A DNA stretch of 61,825 bases, filler included, from Chiloscyllium plagiosum (GCF_004010195.1; 3 parts of one record of this genome joined end to end with filler, not necessarily neighbours in it); one strand, 5' to 3'. Counted from the first letter of the whole stretch, positions 1 through 13,262 are shown. The notes: generated by a model not told the origin, from the letters alone. A program made the numbers and translations.

Positions 1-536
1 ATGCGGATCGTTAGCTGTCTTTCTGTTTGTCCTATGTAGTGTTTTGTACAGTCCTTGCATGGGACTGTACAAAACGCTACATAGGACAAACAGGAAGACA
101 GCTAACGATCCGCATCCATGAACGCCAACTAGTCACGAAACGACACGACCAACTTAGTAGTCACACACTCAGATGACAAGCAACATGAGTTTGACTGGGA
201 CAACACTACTATTATAGGACAAGCCAAACAGAGAACAGCCAGGGAATTCCTAGAGGCATGGCACTCATCCACAGATTCAATCAATAAGCACATCGACCTG
301 GACCCAATATACCGACCACTGCAGCGGACAGCTGGAACTGACAACCGGAAGCGGCAGATTCAAACCACTATAAATGCCGGAGGAAAGATCACAGAAGCGC
401 TTCACAGGAGGGTCCCAAGCACTGAGGATGTTACCTAGACAGGGGGAAAAACGTCTGCAACACAAATTCCCAGCTCGGCGAACAGAACCACAACAACGAG
501 CACCCGAGCTACAAATCTTCTCCCAAACTTTGAACT
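1..536 (+). mobile_element. Penelope-like element 3' fragment (GIY-YIG endonuclease C-terminal part plus terminal repeat with degenerate hammerhead), preceded by an inverted copy of itself
   Basis: From 63 the + frame reads DCTKRYIGQTGRQLTIRIHE, then after a frameshift HEFDWDNTTIIGQAKQRTAREFLEAWHS...INKHIDLDPIY (PLE GIY-YIG type). 1-54 is the reverse complement of 62-115. Hammerhead-like gca-CTGAGGA...AAACGTC-tgc at 419-458. Confidence 0.85.
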
Positions 537-774
537 GGAAATTCTGTGGAACAGTACAGTCCCAGACATCACTGTAATATAGTTTCTTTAGCTCATACTC
601 AATAGTTATTCCTGGCATCAAGGTTTAATTGGAAGGACAGGGATTGTTGTTAAAGAGCTGCTTCACTTGAAACTTCCCCTCCTCATGCCATCAGAACTTG
701 GAAGTACCTTACTGTTCCTTTGCTGGTGCTGAATTATAATACTGGCACATCTTATCTAACAGTTACCTGCACCA

Positions 775-872
775 GATGGACTGCAGCCATTAAAAACAAC
801 AGCTCACTACCACCTTCTCAAGGGCAAATGCTTACCTATCCAGTGATGTCCACATCTCACGAAAGAATAAAA
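775..872 (+). mobile_element. Degenerate 3' tail of the second (L2/CR1-type) LINE family or its partner SINE
   Basis: cagctcactaccaccttctcaagggcaa...ccagtgatgtccacatctcacgaaagaataaaa resembles the tails at 27720-27800, 33215-33320 and 47450-47550. Confidence 0.6.
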
Positions 873-2825
873 CAAATACACAAAATTTCCCAAAAGTCAA
901 CTCATTGATAAGCCATATGCATAAACAATTTTTAAAGTAGATTGAAGTATAGTCACTGTTGCAATGCAGGTAAGTACAACAGGTAATCTGTGTTCGGCAA
1001 GGTCCCACTAAAAACAAGGACAAGTAAATTCATTTGGGATTGCTATCATTTCACTGCAGAATTGTCAGTTAGATGCATGCTTCTTCTGCATACCTGCTGA
1101 AAAAAATGGCAATGGAACAGGAACAGCTTTGTGGAATGTTCCATGTAATGAGAGGTTCCAATATTTCCAACTCCCAAAGACTGTAAAATGTCAAAAACGT
1201 CATGGACTATTCAATCCATTTAGTGAGATGATGGCTTATCTGATAATCCTCAACTCCACTTTCCTGACCTTTTCCTGATTCCCTTGCTGATTTAAACCCT
1301 GTCTGAGTCAACGTTGAAGATACTTAATGACTCAAGTCTACATTCCACGATTTTTACTCTGCGCTTCCTCTCCTGTTGGTACGCTTTATGTTGAACTTCC
1401 ATTCTGCAGGCACTGGTTTCCCTCCAAATAGCCATTCTTCATGAGCAATCTGAAAAGCTAAATCACAGGAACCTCTTCAACAGTGTGACCATTATAAATT
1501 ACATTGGCATGTGCTTTGGTTATATATTAGTGGCACCAGCTCTTGAGAAGTGTGTCTTCTCCTGCTGATGGCAATTCTCTTATCAATGTATCAGATTTTC
1601 TGTTCACTTTGGCCATCATAATGAGTTTCACTGTTACTTGCAATCATTCAAGTTTGACACTGAATTGCTGCCAATACTACAAAATCACGTTGGGGAGGGG
1701 GGGGGGGGGGTAGGGCAGTACAATGAAGAACAGTCCAAGAACCAAAGGCAACGTTTTGAAACAAGCAGCAAGAATTTGAAATACACAAATGACAGGATGA
1801 CATTACAGATTCAATAATAGCCTTCAAAGAGAATTAGAAACATTCTTAAAAGAAAGAAAAAATTGCAGTGAAGGAAGGAAAATGTAGAGGGTGGGTTTGG
1901 AGTATTTGAATTTCTCTGGAAACAGCCTCAATTGGCCAAAAATGGCCTCATTCTGTCCTGTAATAGTCTATTGGAACATCCTGTCTAAAGCCAAGATAAT
2001 AGCAGCTGTAACTGGGTGTCACCTGAATTGTTGGTGGATTGAATCCACACTTTTACTTTCAGATCCATAACTGAATAATAACCACTGATGGGGCATTTTA
2101 TAGATTGGACTGGATTGTCATATTTCTTCTGTCATCAGTAAGTAATACAAGTCAAATCGATTCAGTTTTCTTGAAACTTTTATACAGATATATTTAACAG
2201 TTCAGTTTACAGTTAGAAGTTATAGGTATCTGCGTATGCATCACTGCTCGGGTCTGCTTCTGGTGGAGTGTACATGTGGGTCCATCCTTGCTCTTGGCTC
2301 ATGAAAACAATGCAGCTCTCTGACCAATACAACAGAGTCCAATCAAGCTGCCAATTCCCTGTAGTGCCCTTACCACCATTGCATGGTGTGAGCTGGAGTC
2401 AACTGATCTTTTAACAATCTTATTGATACTTGACTACTGATTTAAATATGGCAGCAAGTTGCTGATCTTAGCAACCACATTCAAATTTGGGATAGGTGCA
2501 AGCACAGGGATAGGTGCATGTTGTTACACGCCCCGCCTTGCATGCCTCACCCATCCCATGGAAAATGCATCTGGCAGAGGTGGGGGCATGCAGAATTCAG
2601 CCAAAGTGGGATTAACTGATACTTGCGTCCCCTCACCCCACCAAACATGGCTCCTTTTTCTCAAATATGGGACACAGAATTAAATTGGTGAATCTATAAA
2701 AGGAAAAAAAAAGTGTGTTCATGGGATGTTTTTCACAACTCCAGAACTCTCGAAAGAGCTTTCTCACAGCAGCCAATTTTCACTCAGCAAAGTCCCATAA
2801 ACAGCAATGTGGTAATATCCAGAGA

Positions 2826-3560
2826 GCCTAGAATACAGGAAAGAGAGATGGAGTGCTTGGTGATGAGGTGTGCAAAGATAACAATCTGTCCCTCAATGTT
2901 AGCAAAACTGAAGAGCTAGCCATTGACTTCAGGAAGAAAGGAGGAAGGCACGCTCATACTACATCAAACTGTTTAGACCGCCCACATTGATGTGACATTC
3001 AAGACTCAACAACATCTTTTCTTCTTCAGGAAGCTAAGGAAATTCAGCATGTCCATAAGGATCCTCACCAACTTTTCCAGTTACATCATAAAAAGCACTC
3101 TATTCAGATGGATCACGGCTTGGTACACCAACTGCTCTGCCCAGGACCGTAAAGAAACTATAGAAAGTTGTGAACACAGCCCAGACCATCACACAAGCCA
3201 ACCTTCCATTAATTTACTCCATCTATACTTCTCATTGCTGCAGAAAGGCAAGCGACATCATCAAGGACCCCTCAAACCCCGGTTATAATCTCTTCAGTCA
3301 GGCAGAATTTACAATAGCTTAAACACACGTACCAACAGGTTGAAGAACAGCGTCTTCTCTGCTGTTATTAGGCTTCTGAATTGACCTCTAAAATTTCAAA
3401 TCTAATGTTGACCTTGCTTTATGTGCACCTTCTTTGCAGCCGTAATTCTGTATTTCTTGTTCTGTTCTATCATCGTATGATCTTTGCATGTTATGATCTG
3501 CCTGTACTGCAAAATAGAACATTTCACTGTTTTTAGGTACATGTGACAATAGTAAATCAA
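2826..3560 (+). mobile_element. Rex1/Babar-type non-LTR retrotransposon, 3' fragment
   Basis: Degenerate peptides NNLSLNVSKTEELAIDFRK and KTQQHLFFFRKLRKFSMS.RILTNF...ITAWYTNCSAQDRK (ORF 2992-3288), typical of the Rex1/Babar ORF2 C-terminus. Confidence 0.75.
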
Positions 3561-3599
3561 TTCAGAGTCTATCGAAGCAAGGCTGGTTAGGTGACAAAT

Positions 3600-3712
3600 A
3601 CTTGACATCAAGGAGAACAATCCTGCTCCTCTTTGCAACAATGCTGTAGAATCCGTTAGGTCCATCTATTAGGTAGATGGGGTCCTGCTGTGACATTTCA
3701 TGTTAAAGATGG
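3600..3712 (-). mobile_element. Old DeuSINE (SacSINE1-like) central-domain fragment
   Basis: Reverse complement resembles the 17330-17430 segment (ccatct...agat.ttaa.c.gaggccccatct...gatccc.tggcactatt...agaagagcagg). Confidence 0.45.
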
Positions 3713-4629
3713 ATTCAAAATAAGGAACTGATTAGTCCTGGAGTTCATGTGAAAATTGCCAGGCACAAATATTAGACAGGGCTGAAATATAGCTGCGTCA
3801 CATGATTTCAATTTTTTTGGTATTTTATAGTTCAAAAGATTGCTGTCTACAAAACGTAGAGACCAAAACACGTCCAGATAAGGAGGAGGGCTGTGGAAGA
3901 TGTATTTAACTTAGTGCAAAAAAATGTATCAGAAAATTAGAATCATACAGATGTTAAGAAATGCCGAATAAAGAAATATGACACCTATAATGAAAGCCAG
4001 TGTAAGAGATGATGGAAGAGAATGTATCATGAGAGGGAGAGAGAAGGCAAAAACATAATTGTATTCACTCTAGAATCATATCATTTCACAGACATGGTTA
4101 GGAATTGTTATGATACCTTGGGCAGTGAGCCAATTAATACATCGGATGATTGGAGCAGTCTCTTTGATTGGCTATTGGTGTGCAGTGCTCCGGAACAAAA
4201 CATTGTTGATGTAAAATCAATAATGTATCAGCTGTTTTTTTGCTGGTCTTAGTCCTGCCTTGGAATTAGTTGATGATCATGTTCTGTACAATCATTTATA
4301 ATTAACTTGGTGATGTCTATATAAATGGAGTTGTGTTTTTTATGGCTGAACCAAAACAAAGGCAGTTTTTTTTAAAACCCCACAATGAAAATCTATAATG
4401 ACTTCATGTTATTGGTAATCTTGTAGCTGTGGCTGCACTTAACAGAATCTCTTCAAACTCAATTAAATGATTCCTCATGGTTCAAGCTTGATTGTACAAT
4501 TAGATAGCAGTTCACTACTGGACTCATAATCTGGACAGCTAGAATAGTTCAGACAGTTGGCAAGATGAGTTCAAATCACACCATAACAATTAGGCAATTT
4601 AAATTTAAGCAAATAAATGAAACCTTTTT

Positions 4630-5450
4630 TTATTCATTTGTGAGACATGGATGTCTGTAGCTGGCCAGTATTTATTGCTGGTCCTAGTTGCCCTTGAGGA
4701 CATGGTCGTGGTGTGCTGCCTCTTGAACCACTGCAGTCCATGTCCTGGAGGTTGACCCACAATGTCCTTTGGAAGAGAATTTCAGGATTTTGAACCAGCG
4801 ATATATTTCCAAATGAGGATGGTGAGTGGCATAGAGTGAAGCTTGCAGGTGGTGGCATTCCCATGTATCTGATGTCCTTGATGGAAGTAGTTCTGAGTTT
4901 GGAAGGTGCTATCTAAGGATCTTCGATGAATTTCTGTGAAAAATCTTGTGATAGTACACACTGTTGCTAATGAACTTCACTGATGGTGGAGTGGATGTTT
5001 GTTAATGTGGTGCCAATTGAGCAGGCTGCTCTGTCCTGGAAAGTGTCAAGATTCTTGAGTGTTGTTGGATCGTACACATTGTTGGTAATGAGCATCAGTG
5101 ATGGAGGGGTGGATGTTTGTGAATGTGGTGCCAATTGAGCAGGCTGCTTTGTCCTGGATGGTGTCAAGCTTCTTAAGTGTTGTTGGAGCTGCACTCATCC
5201 AGGCAAGTGGGGAGTATTCCATCACACTCCTGACTTAAACATTGTAGATTATGAACAGGCTTTGGAGAGTCAGGAGATGAGTTACTCGCTACAATATTCT
5301 GAGCCTCTAAACTGCATTGATAGCAATTATGTTTATGTGGCAAGTCCAGTTGCGTTTCTGGTGAATATCAACCCTCAGAATGCTGATAATGGGGGATCCA
5401 GTGATGGCAGCACCATTGACGATCAATGGGTGGTGGTTAGATTGTCTCTT
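4630..5450 (-). mobile_element. Second LINE family (L2/CR1-type), 3' fragment, interrupted by the CR1 insertion and resuming at ~9290-9350
   Basis: Minus strand reads PTTLKNLDTFQDRAACSIGT and is homologous to the + copy at 46810-47550; shared tail with aataaatactggcc. Confidence 0.75.
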
Positions 5451-8400
5451 AGAGTCATAGAGTCATCAAGATATAGAGCAGGAAAAACAGACCCTTCAGT
5501 CCAACTTGTCCATGCCGTGCAGATATCCCAACCCAATCCAGTCCCATTTGAGAGCACCTGGCCCAGATCCCTCTAAATCCTTCTTATTCATATACCCATC
5601 CAAATGCCTTTTAAATGTCGCAATTGTACTAGCCTCTACCACATCCTCTGGCAGCTCATTCTATACATGTACCACCCTCTGCTTGAAAAAGTTGCCCCTT
5701 AGGTTTCTTTTATATCTTTTCCCTCTCACCCTAAACCTATGCCCTCTAGTTCTGGACTTTCCCCACCCCAGGGAAAATACATTGCCTATTTACCCTATCC
5801 ATGCCCCTCATAATTTTGTAAACCTCTAAGGTCACCCCTCAGCCTCCGACGCTCCAGGGAAAACAGCCCCAGCCTATTCAGCCTCTCACGATAGCGCAAA
5901 TCCTCCAACCCTGGCAACATCCTTGTACATCTTTTCTGAACCCTTTCAAGTTCACAACATCCTTCTGATAGGAAGGAGACCAGAATTATATGCAATATTC
6001 CAACAGTGGCCTAACCAATGTCCTGTACAGCTGCAACATGACCTCCCAACACCTTTACTCAAAGCTCTGACCAATAAAGGAAAGCATATGAAAGACCTTC
6101 TTCATTATCCTATTGACCTACAACTCTACTTTGAAAGAGCTATGAACCTGCACTCCAAGGTCTCTTTGTTCACCAACATTCCCTAGGACCTTACCATTAA
6201 GTGTATAAGTCCTGCTCTGATTTGCTTTACCAAAATGCAGCACTTCGCATTTATTGAAATTAAACTCCATCTGTCACTCCTCAGCGCATTGGCCCATCTG
6301 ATCAAGATCCCATTGTAATCTGAGGTAACCTTTTTCGCTGTCCAATATACTTCCAATTTTGGAGTCATCTGCAAACGTGTTAGCTACACCTCCTATGTTC
6401 TTCTCCAAATCATTTAAATAAATAACGAAAACTAGTGGACCCAGCACCGATCATTGTAGCACACCACTGGTCACAGGCGTCTAGTCTGAAAAACAACCCT
6501 CTACCACCACCATCTATCTTCTACCTTCGGGCCAGTTCTGCATCCAAATTATTAGTTCTCCATGCATTTCATGAGATCTAACCTTGCTAACTAGTCTCCC
6601 ATGAGGAACCTTGTCGAATGCCTTACTGAAGTCTAGAAAGATTCTGGATTAGTGGTGCTGAAAGAGCACAGCAGTTCAGGCAGCATCTAAGGAGCAGTAA
6701 AATCTACGTTTCGGGCAAAAGTCCTTCATCAGGGAAAACCTGATGAAGGGCTTTTGCCTGAAACATCGATTTTACTGGTCCTTGGGTGCTGCCTGAACGG
6801 CTGTGCCCTTCCAGCACCACTAATCCAGAATCTGGTTTCCAGCATCTGCAATCATTGTTTTTACCTGAAGTCTAGAAAGATCACATCCCTCATTAATCCT
6901 CTTTGTTAGTTTTTCAAAAAACTCAATCAAGTTTATAAGACATTATTTCCCAAGCACAAAGACATTTTGACTATCCCTAATCAGTTCTTGCCTTTTCAAA
7001 TATAAATCCTGTTCAACACTTGCCCACCACTGATGTCAGGCTCACCGGGGTATAGTTTCCTAGCTTGTCCTTACAACCTTTATTAAATCATGGGACCACG
7101 TTAGCCAACCTCCAGTCTTCTGGCACCTCAACTATGACTATCAATGATACAAATATCTCAGCAAGGGGCCCAGCAATCACTTCCCGAGAGTCCCACAGCG
7201 TTCTCGGGTAAATCTGATCAGGTCCTGAGGATTTATCCACCTTCATGCATTTCAAGACATCCAGCACTTTATCCTCTGTAATGTGGGCATTTTTCAAGAT
7301 GTCACTATCGATTTCCCTATATTCTATATCTTCCAAGACCTTCTCCACAGTGAACACTGATGCAAAATAATCGTTTAGTATCTCCCCCATCTCCTGCAGC
7401 TCCACACAAAGGCTGCTTTGCTGATCTTTGAGGGGCCCTATTCTCTCCCTAGTTGCCCTTTTGTTCTGAATGTATTTGCAAAACTCCTGTGGATTCTCCC
7501 TTACTCTATTTGCCCTCCTGATTTCCCTCTTAAGTATACTCCTACTGTCTTTATACTCTTCTAAGGATTCACTTGCTCTATCCAGTCTATACCTGACATA
7601 TGCTTTCTTCTTTTTCTTAACCAAACCTCCAATTTCTCCGGTCATCCAGCCTTTCCTTCACCCTGACCGGAAAATACTTTCTCTGGACTCTCGTTATCTC
7701 ATTTCTAAAGGCTTCCCATTTTCCAGCATCCCTTTACCTGCAAACATCTGCCCCCAATCAGCTTTTGAAAGTTCTTGCCTCATACCATCAGAATTAGCTT
7801 TCCTGTAATTTATAATTTCAACTGTTCAGTCTGATCTATCCTTTTCCATCACTATTTTAAAACTAATAGAATTATGGTCACTGGCCCCAAAGTGCTCACC
7901 CACTGACACCTCAGTCACCTTCCTTGCCTTATTTCCCAAGAGTAGGTCAAGTTTTGCACTTTCTCTAGTAGGTACATCACATATTGATTCAGAAATGTTT
8001 CTTGTATATATTAAACAAATTCCTCTCCATCTAAACCCTTAACACTATGGCAGTCCCAGTCTATGTTTGGCCAGTTAAAATCCCTTACCATAACCACCCT
8101 ATTATTCTTACAGATAACTGAGATCTCCTGACAAATTTGTTTCTCAATTTCCCACCTATCAATAAGTTGATAATCTCTTTCTTATTTCTCAGTTGAACTT
8201 AAATAACTTCCCGAGATGTATTTCTGGGAATATGCTCTCTCAGTGCAGCTGTGATGCTATCCCTTATCCAAAATGCCACCGCCCCCTCCTCTCTTGCCTC
8301 CCTTCCTATCCTTCCTATAGCATTTGTATCCTGGAACATTAAGCTCTCAGTCCTGCCCATCCCTGAGCCATGTTTCAGAAATTGCTATGATATCCCAGTC

Positions 8401-8985
8401 CCATGTTGCTAACCATGCCCTGAGTTCATCTGCCTTCCCTGTTAGGCCTCTTGCATTGAAATAAGGCAGTTTAATTTATCAGTCCTACCTTGTTCTCTGC
8501 TTTGTCCCTGCCTGCCCTGACTGTTTGACTCACTTCTTTTCTCAACTGTACCAGTCTCAGATTGATCTCTTTCCTCAGTATCTCCTTGGGTCCCACCCCC
8601 CTCTCCTTACTAGTTTAAATCCTCCTGAGCAGATCTAGCAAATCTTTCTGCCAGTATATTAGCTCCCTTCCAATTCAAGTGCAATCCAACTTTCTCGTAC
8701 AGGTCACTTGTACCCCAGAAGAGATTCCCATGATCCAAAAATATGAATCCATCTCCCATATGTCAGCTCCTCAGCCACACATTCATCTGCTCTATCCTCG
8801 TATTCCTGCTCTCACTCACTCATAGCACAGGGAGTAATCCAGATAGTGCTCCCCTTGAGGACCTTCTTTATAAATGCATGCCTAACTTTCTATATTCTCC
8901 CTTCAGAATCTCATCCTTATCCCTTCCTATGTCGTTGGTTCCAATGTGTATAATGACCTCCTGCTGGCCCCTCTCCTGTTTTAAA
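5451..8985 (-). mobile_element. Long internally deleted CR1-clade LINE (ORF2 endonuclease/RT remnants plus upstream ORF1-like region)
   Basis: (tctatgac)-type tail at 5451-5466. Minus peptides [38 protein letters not shown] and VDKSSGPDQIYPRTLW...VPEDWRLANVVP (ORF 7088-7645); SDH-like motif near 7875. May extend to ~9290, where the host LINE resumes. Confidence 0.9.
6643..6864. mobile_element. Fold-back PLE terminal-repeat mini-element with divergent hammerhead motifs (family A2)
   Basis: Inverted arms 6643-6733 / 6739-6829; CTGATGA-a-GGGC-tttt-GCCT-GAAA at 6740-6763 and a matching motif on the minus strand; TSD ctgaagtctagaaagat 6626-6642 / 6865-6881. Confidence 0.85.
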
Positions 8986-9349
8986 ATTTAACCAAGCGAC
9001 AGATCCCAATAGAAACATATAATCAAGAAAGAATCCACTCTACTCACTATTGTAAATTTACAGTAAGGCTATACTTAAAACGATTAAGATAACAGGCTCC
9101 TCCAAGATCAGTTGTGAATTTCGCTGTTCATTAAGTTTTCTTAGACACACTCCGATGTCCAGCAATACATCACTTCAAACACCAAAGGCAGTAACTGAGC
9201 AGATTCACTGCTGTGCCAGTTAGCAGTGTGGGTTTCTTTCTTTCTCTCCCTTACAGACCATGTGCTTGCTGCCTTTCTCCCTTTTTCTCCATCTCTCATT
9301 GGAGGTTGTCATTGTCTGGCATTTGTGTGGGACATATGTTAATTGCCAG

Positions 9350-9690
9350 AGTACATTTTGTACCCTTGCCATCATTAGATGAGGATGGCAGATTTTCTTC
9401 CCTGATAGACATTAGTGAGCAGATGGGTTTGTTTGACGGTCAACAATATGTTCATTCCTGCCTCATTTGGCCTTTTGCCCGAAATGTCGATTTTCCTGCT
9501 CCTCGGATGCTGCCTGGCCTGCTGTGCATTTCCAGCACCACTCTAATCTAGACTCTAATCTCCAGCATCTGCAGTACCCACCTCTGCCAACAATGTGGTC
9601 ATTGTTATCAGCAGATTCTTAATTCCAGATTTTAAAAATTGATTTCAAATTCCACCAGCTGCCATGGTGGGATTAGTAATCTGTGCCCAA
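9350..9690 (-). mobile_element. tRNA-derived SINE fragment (family of 10438-10798) with a nested PLE terminal-repeat fragment at 9457-9587
   Basis: gatggcagattttcttccct..gacattagtga.cagatggg matches 21685-21725. The nested piece GCCCGAAATGTCGATTTTCCTGCTCC is flanked by caacaatatgttcatt 9441-9456 / caacaatgtggtcatt 9588-9603. Confidence 0.7.
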
Positions 9691-9701
9691 GAACATTAAT
9701 T

Positions 9702-10020
9702 GTAGAACCCATATATAGTGGAAGCAGGCCATTTAGCCCATCAAGCCCACACTCATCCTCTAAACAGCATCCCATCTACAGCCACTCCCCTACCCTATCC
9801 CTATAACCCTGCATTTTCCCATGGCTAATCCATCTGGCCTGCATATCCCTGGATTGTATGGGCAACTTAACCTGCACATCTTTGGACTGTGGGAAGAAAC
9901 TGGAGCACCCGGAGGAAACCCGTGCAGGCATGGGGAGAACATGCAAACACCACACGGACAGTCGCCTGAGGATGGAATTGAGTCCAGGTTCCTGGCACTG
10001 TGAACCACCGTGCCACCCCA
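9702..10020 (-). mobile_element. HE1-type V-SINE
   Basis: Minus strand has a tRNA-like head and the V-domain ttgcatgttctccccatgcctgcacgggtttcctccgggtgctccagtttcttcccacagtccaaagatgtgcagg, with a CR1-like 3' tail. Confidence 0.85.
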
Positions 10021-10437
10021 ACTAGCCTTATTCAACCATTGCTCCACAATACTGCAGACTTGTTTAGCTCTGTGCCTGCCTCTGATAAAAACAAATTAAC
10101 CCTCTCTTCCCCAGCCTTGAAACAAGTGCCACAGTGCAGGACCATGAACAGCTTTGACACCAAGAGAGATATTACAGATGAACCAAGCTCGCACCTTCAG
10201 TGACAGGCACAGGGCCTATGACCTACCAGATTAGAAAAGAGCACCCAAGTGTGGCACAGATACTGGTTGCACAGTGTTGGCACAGCCTTGATAACTGAAA
10301 TCATATACTGTTCAAGCAGTACATAACATCATCGAAGGTGCAGGAGAATCTGATAGCTGGAAGGCCTGCATACCTTCATCCTCAGGAAGAAACTATGACA
10401 ACATAAACACTGATGACTAAGACTAATGATTGAGACA

Positions 10438-10798
10438 TGGGAGGCGGTGGCCTGGTGGCATTATTGCTGGGCTGCTAATCCAGACACCCAGGTAACATTC
10501 TGGGGATCCGCGCTCAAATTCCATTGTGGCAGATGGTGGAATTTGAATTCAAAAAATATCTCGAACTAAGAATCTAATGTTTACTATGAATCCATTACCA
10601 ATGGTTGGAAAACCCATCTGGTTCACTCATGTCCTTTAGGGAAGGAAATCTGCCAACCTTCTCTGGTCTAGCCTACATGCGATTCCAGACACACAGCAAT
10701 GTGGTTGATTCTCACCTGCCCTCTGGGCAATTAGGGATGGGCAATAAATGCTGGCCTAGCCAGCAAGGCCCTTGTACCATGAACGAATAAAAGAAAAA
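10438..10798 (+). mobile_element. tRNA-derived SINE sharing the 3' tail of the second LINE family
   Basis: Head gaggcggtggcctggtgg...ctcaaattcc (A/B-box like); tail gggcaattagggatgggcaataaatgctggcctagccagc...gaataaaa matches LINE tails in the window. Confidence 0.75.
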
Positions 10799-13001
10799 AA
10801 GGCCAAAGGCTTTCATTCTGGTGGTTTGCCAAGCATCATCTCTCCACTGCCTCGAAAAGAAGTTTGCACCTGTTCAATGAGATTGGTGGAATGACCCCAC
10901 AGGTATTCCTTGTTCTCCACAGACATTTTGGGTGGTTGGAATGGTCAGTGGTGAAAAATGGCTTTAATAATTTATAGTCCACAGAAATAAATACTAGGGG
11001 TAGTGGGGAGGTGGGGTGATGTGAAGCAAAGGGTAAACTATAATTAGGACCAAATACTGATCATGTGCAAATGAAGTTTGGCCACAGAGTCATCAAATCA
11101 ATGGGACTAGAACTTGATTTGTTAAGCTCCACGTAAGATGTTCTGTCATACCGTTCTCTACATATAATTATGTTCAATACAGCCTGTTGTTGTTTCCTGA
11201 TATGAGCATAAATCTCAATTTACTACAGTGCTGACTTGATTTTTTTTTCATTTTTGTAAAATTAATTAAGGGATCAATGCTAACCAAGACAAATCCTGCT
11301 ATTCGTGGAAGCTTGCTGTGCACATTTTCTGCATCACAATAGCAACCATACTTCTAAAATTGGTGGTATCAAACATTGGAATGTCCTAATTCTAGAAAAG
11401 TGAGATTTAAATGCAAGTTTTCTTTTTAATACCTATCCACTTTAAACCTCAGCTTTGATTGCTCTTTAAATAAATTCTGATAGCCCTAAATCCGAATGTT
11501 ATCAGTTGATAGTACAGAAACTGATGATAAATGTGCAGTATAACTCAAATAAAAACCAAATGTGCCAGAATATTGAATCGATTTGACAACATCTGTGGAG
11601 AGAGCAGAGAGGAGCACAAAGAAGAGGAGTCAGAATTAATTCAATACATTGATCCTATCTCTCTCATTGCAGATATTTCTGGACTTGTTGAGTATTTCCA
11701 GCACTTCCAGTTTTTATTTCAGATTTGCAGCATCAGCCATATTTTAGTTTTCCTACACCATGACTTATTTCTTCATCAGACTCTGGAGGATTCTAGTACA
11801 AGCTTCCCATGAAGTTTTTACAGTTCTTGTGGTAAACACTCTGCAGAGTATAATACTGGCATCAAGTGGGATTTGCAAGAGACTGCGTGGACTTTTTATA
11901 AATGTATCTAGAACTTTCTTTAAAGTGCTAAATGTATAGATGCTCCCACCTGCGCCCTCAGAAATATCCAAGAGAAGAGAAAATCCATAGGGCTCTGACT
12001 CAGATCTGGTTGTCCCAATTATAACTTAGTGATATAAACAAGATCCTGGTATCTATTCTAGGTACTTTAACTACTGTTTTGCGGTTCAATCTCTTCTGAT
12101 TTCTTGTGTATTAATTGCACTTGTTTTACCTTCAAGAAGTTCAGCTGATGTGGACTAATTATGTAAGCTACTCAGCAATAACCAGAAAGACGTTTGTAGC
12201 CCGTACATTCTTGTACATCCAAAAGAATAAGGCAATAATGCAACAGTATCGTCTATAAGTATATGCATAAAGCAAAAGGGACAGACAATTGAACGAAAGG
12301 AAATAAAACTTCAAGCATGTACAAACTCATTCAAATTGCTGCTAGCAAAAATATTAATTATACTGGCTATATGCATCAACTGATTAGTAATTGTTACAAA
12401 TAATCATTCACTGAGTGTTTGAACTCGTAACTAATGTGTGCCTGCTCCAGGTTATTTAGATCCTTAAGGGAATTGAGCAAGTTCCAACTCAAATTGAAAT
12501 GGGGATTGCCAAATAAACAGGAACATCTTTCTGTGCATGTTAAGACCTGGAACAATAAGAAATTAAAAGTCAATAAAATTAATCAAAAAAGCCTTGTGTA
12601 ACAATTATGTTCAAGATGTTTATAGGGTTAGACCCAGTTTGTGATTCCCCTCCAGCCTATGCACATGAGACAGCAGGAACCTTTCTTCCTATGTTGGCTA
12701 TCTCAGCAGGACTAGGTAAGGCATACAAGCACAGACTGATCAGTGCCATAGTGATCTTATTGCATTCCATTCCTTTCAGAGTTTTATATAAGTGACAATA
12801 AGTAGTGAAAAATCTTCAATTTTGTTCCATTAAAAGTCCTCTGCCAATAAAGGAGATAGGTATAAAATGTTCCATTAACTGCCAACATATAAAATTCTCT
12901 GTGGTGAGCAGAGTCTAATCCCGTAGGGCACCAAAGCTCTTTAAGCTTTAAATCTAAATGTAACAGATCAATAAACATCAGATGTTTGATTTAAATATCC
13001 G

Positions 13002-13085
13002 CACTGGGACAATGGCATACCATTTGCACCTTTGACTCCTTCTGTTCAAGTACCATTTCAAGTTCCAAGCTTTGTTTCCTTTGGT
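13002..13085 (+). repeat. 84-bp dispersed direct repeat, copy 1 (copy 2 at 14166-14249)
   Basis: Ungapped match with 11 mismatches in 84 nt by eye; the first 24 nt (cactgggacaatggcataccattt) are identical. Confidence 0.9.
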
Positions 13086-13262
13086 TTAACAGTCTGTCCC
13101 CTTTATAGAGTTTAGTATAAATGTTTAATGTTGTGCATTATCCTGATACATCGCTGTGATCTAGCTGAAGGATTTCTGTTACACTCACCGAGTCTGTCTA
13201 AAAAGGCTAAAACAGGTCAGCTGTGAAAAAGCAGATTTTGAGTCCTCCGAGTACTTTAGAAT

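Noticed and set aside
1692..1715. G homopolymer or G4-like run; (GA)n at 36010-36040; 16-bp direct repeat at 48848/48916
   Set aside because: Ordinary low-complexity or short repeats with no supporting context.
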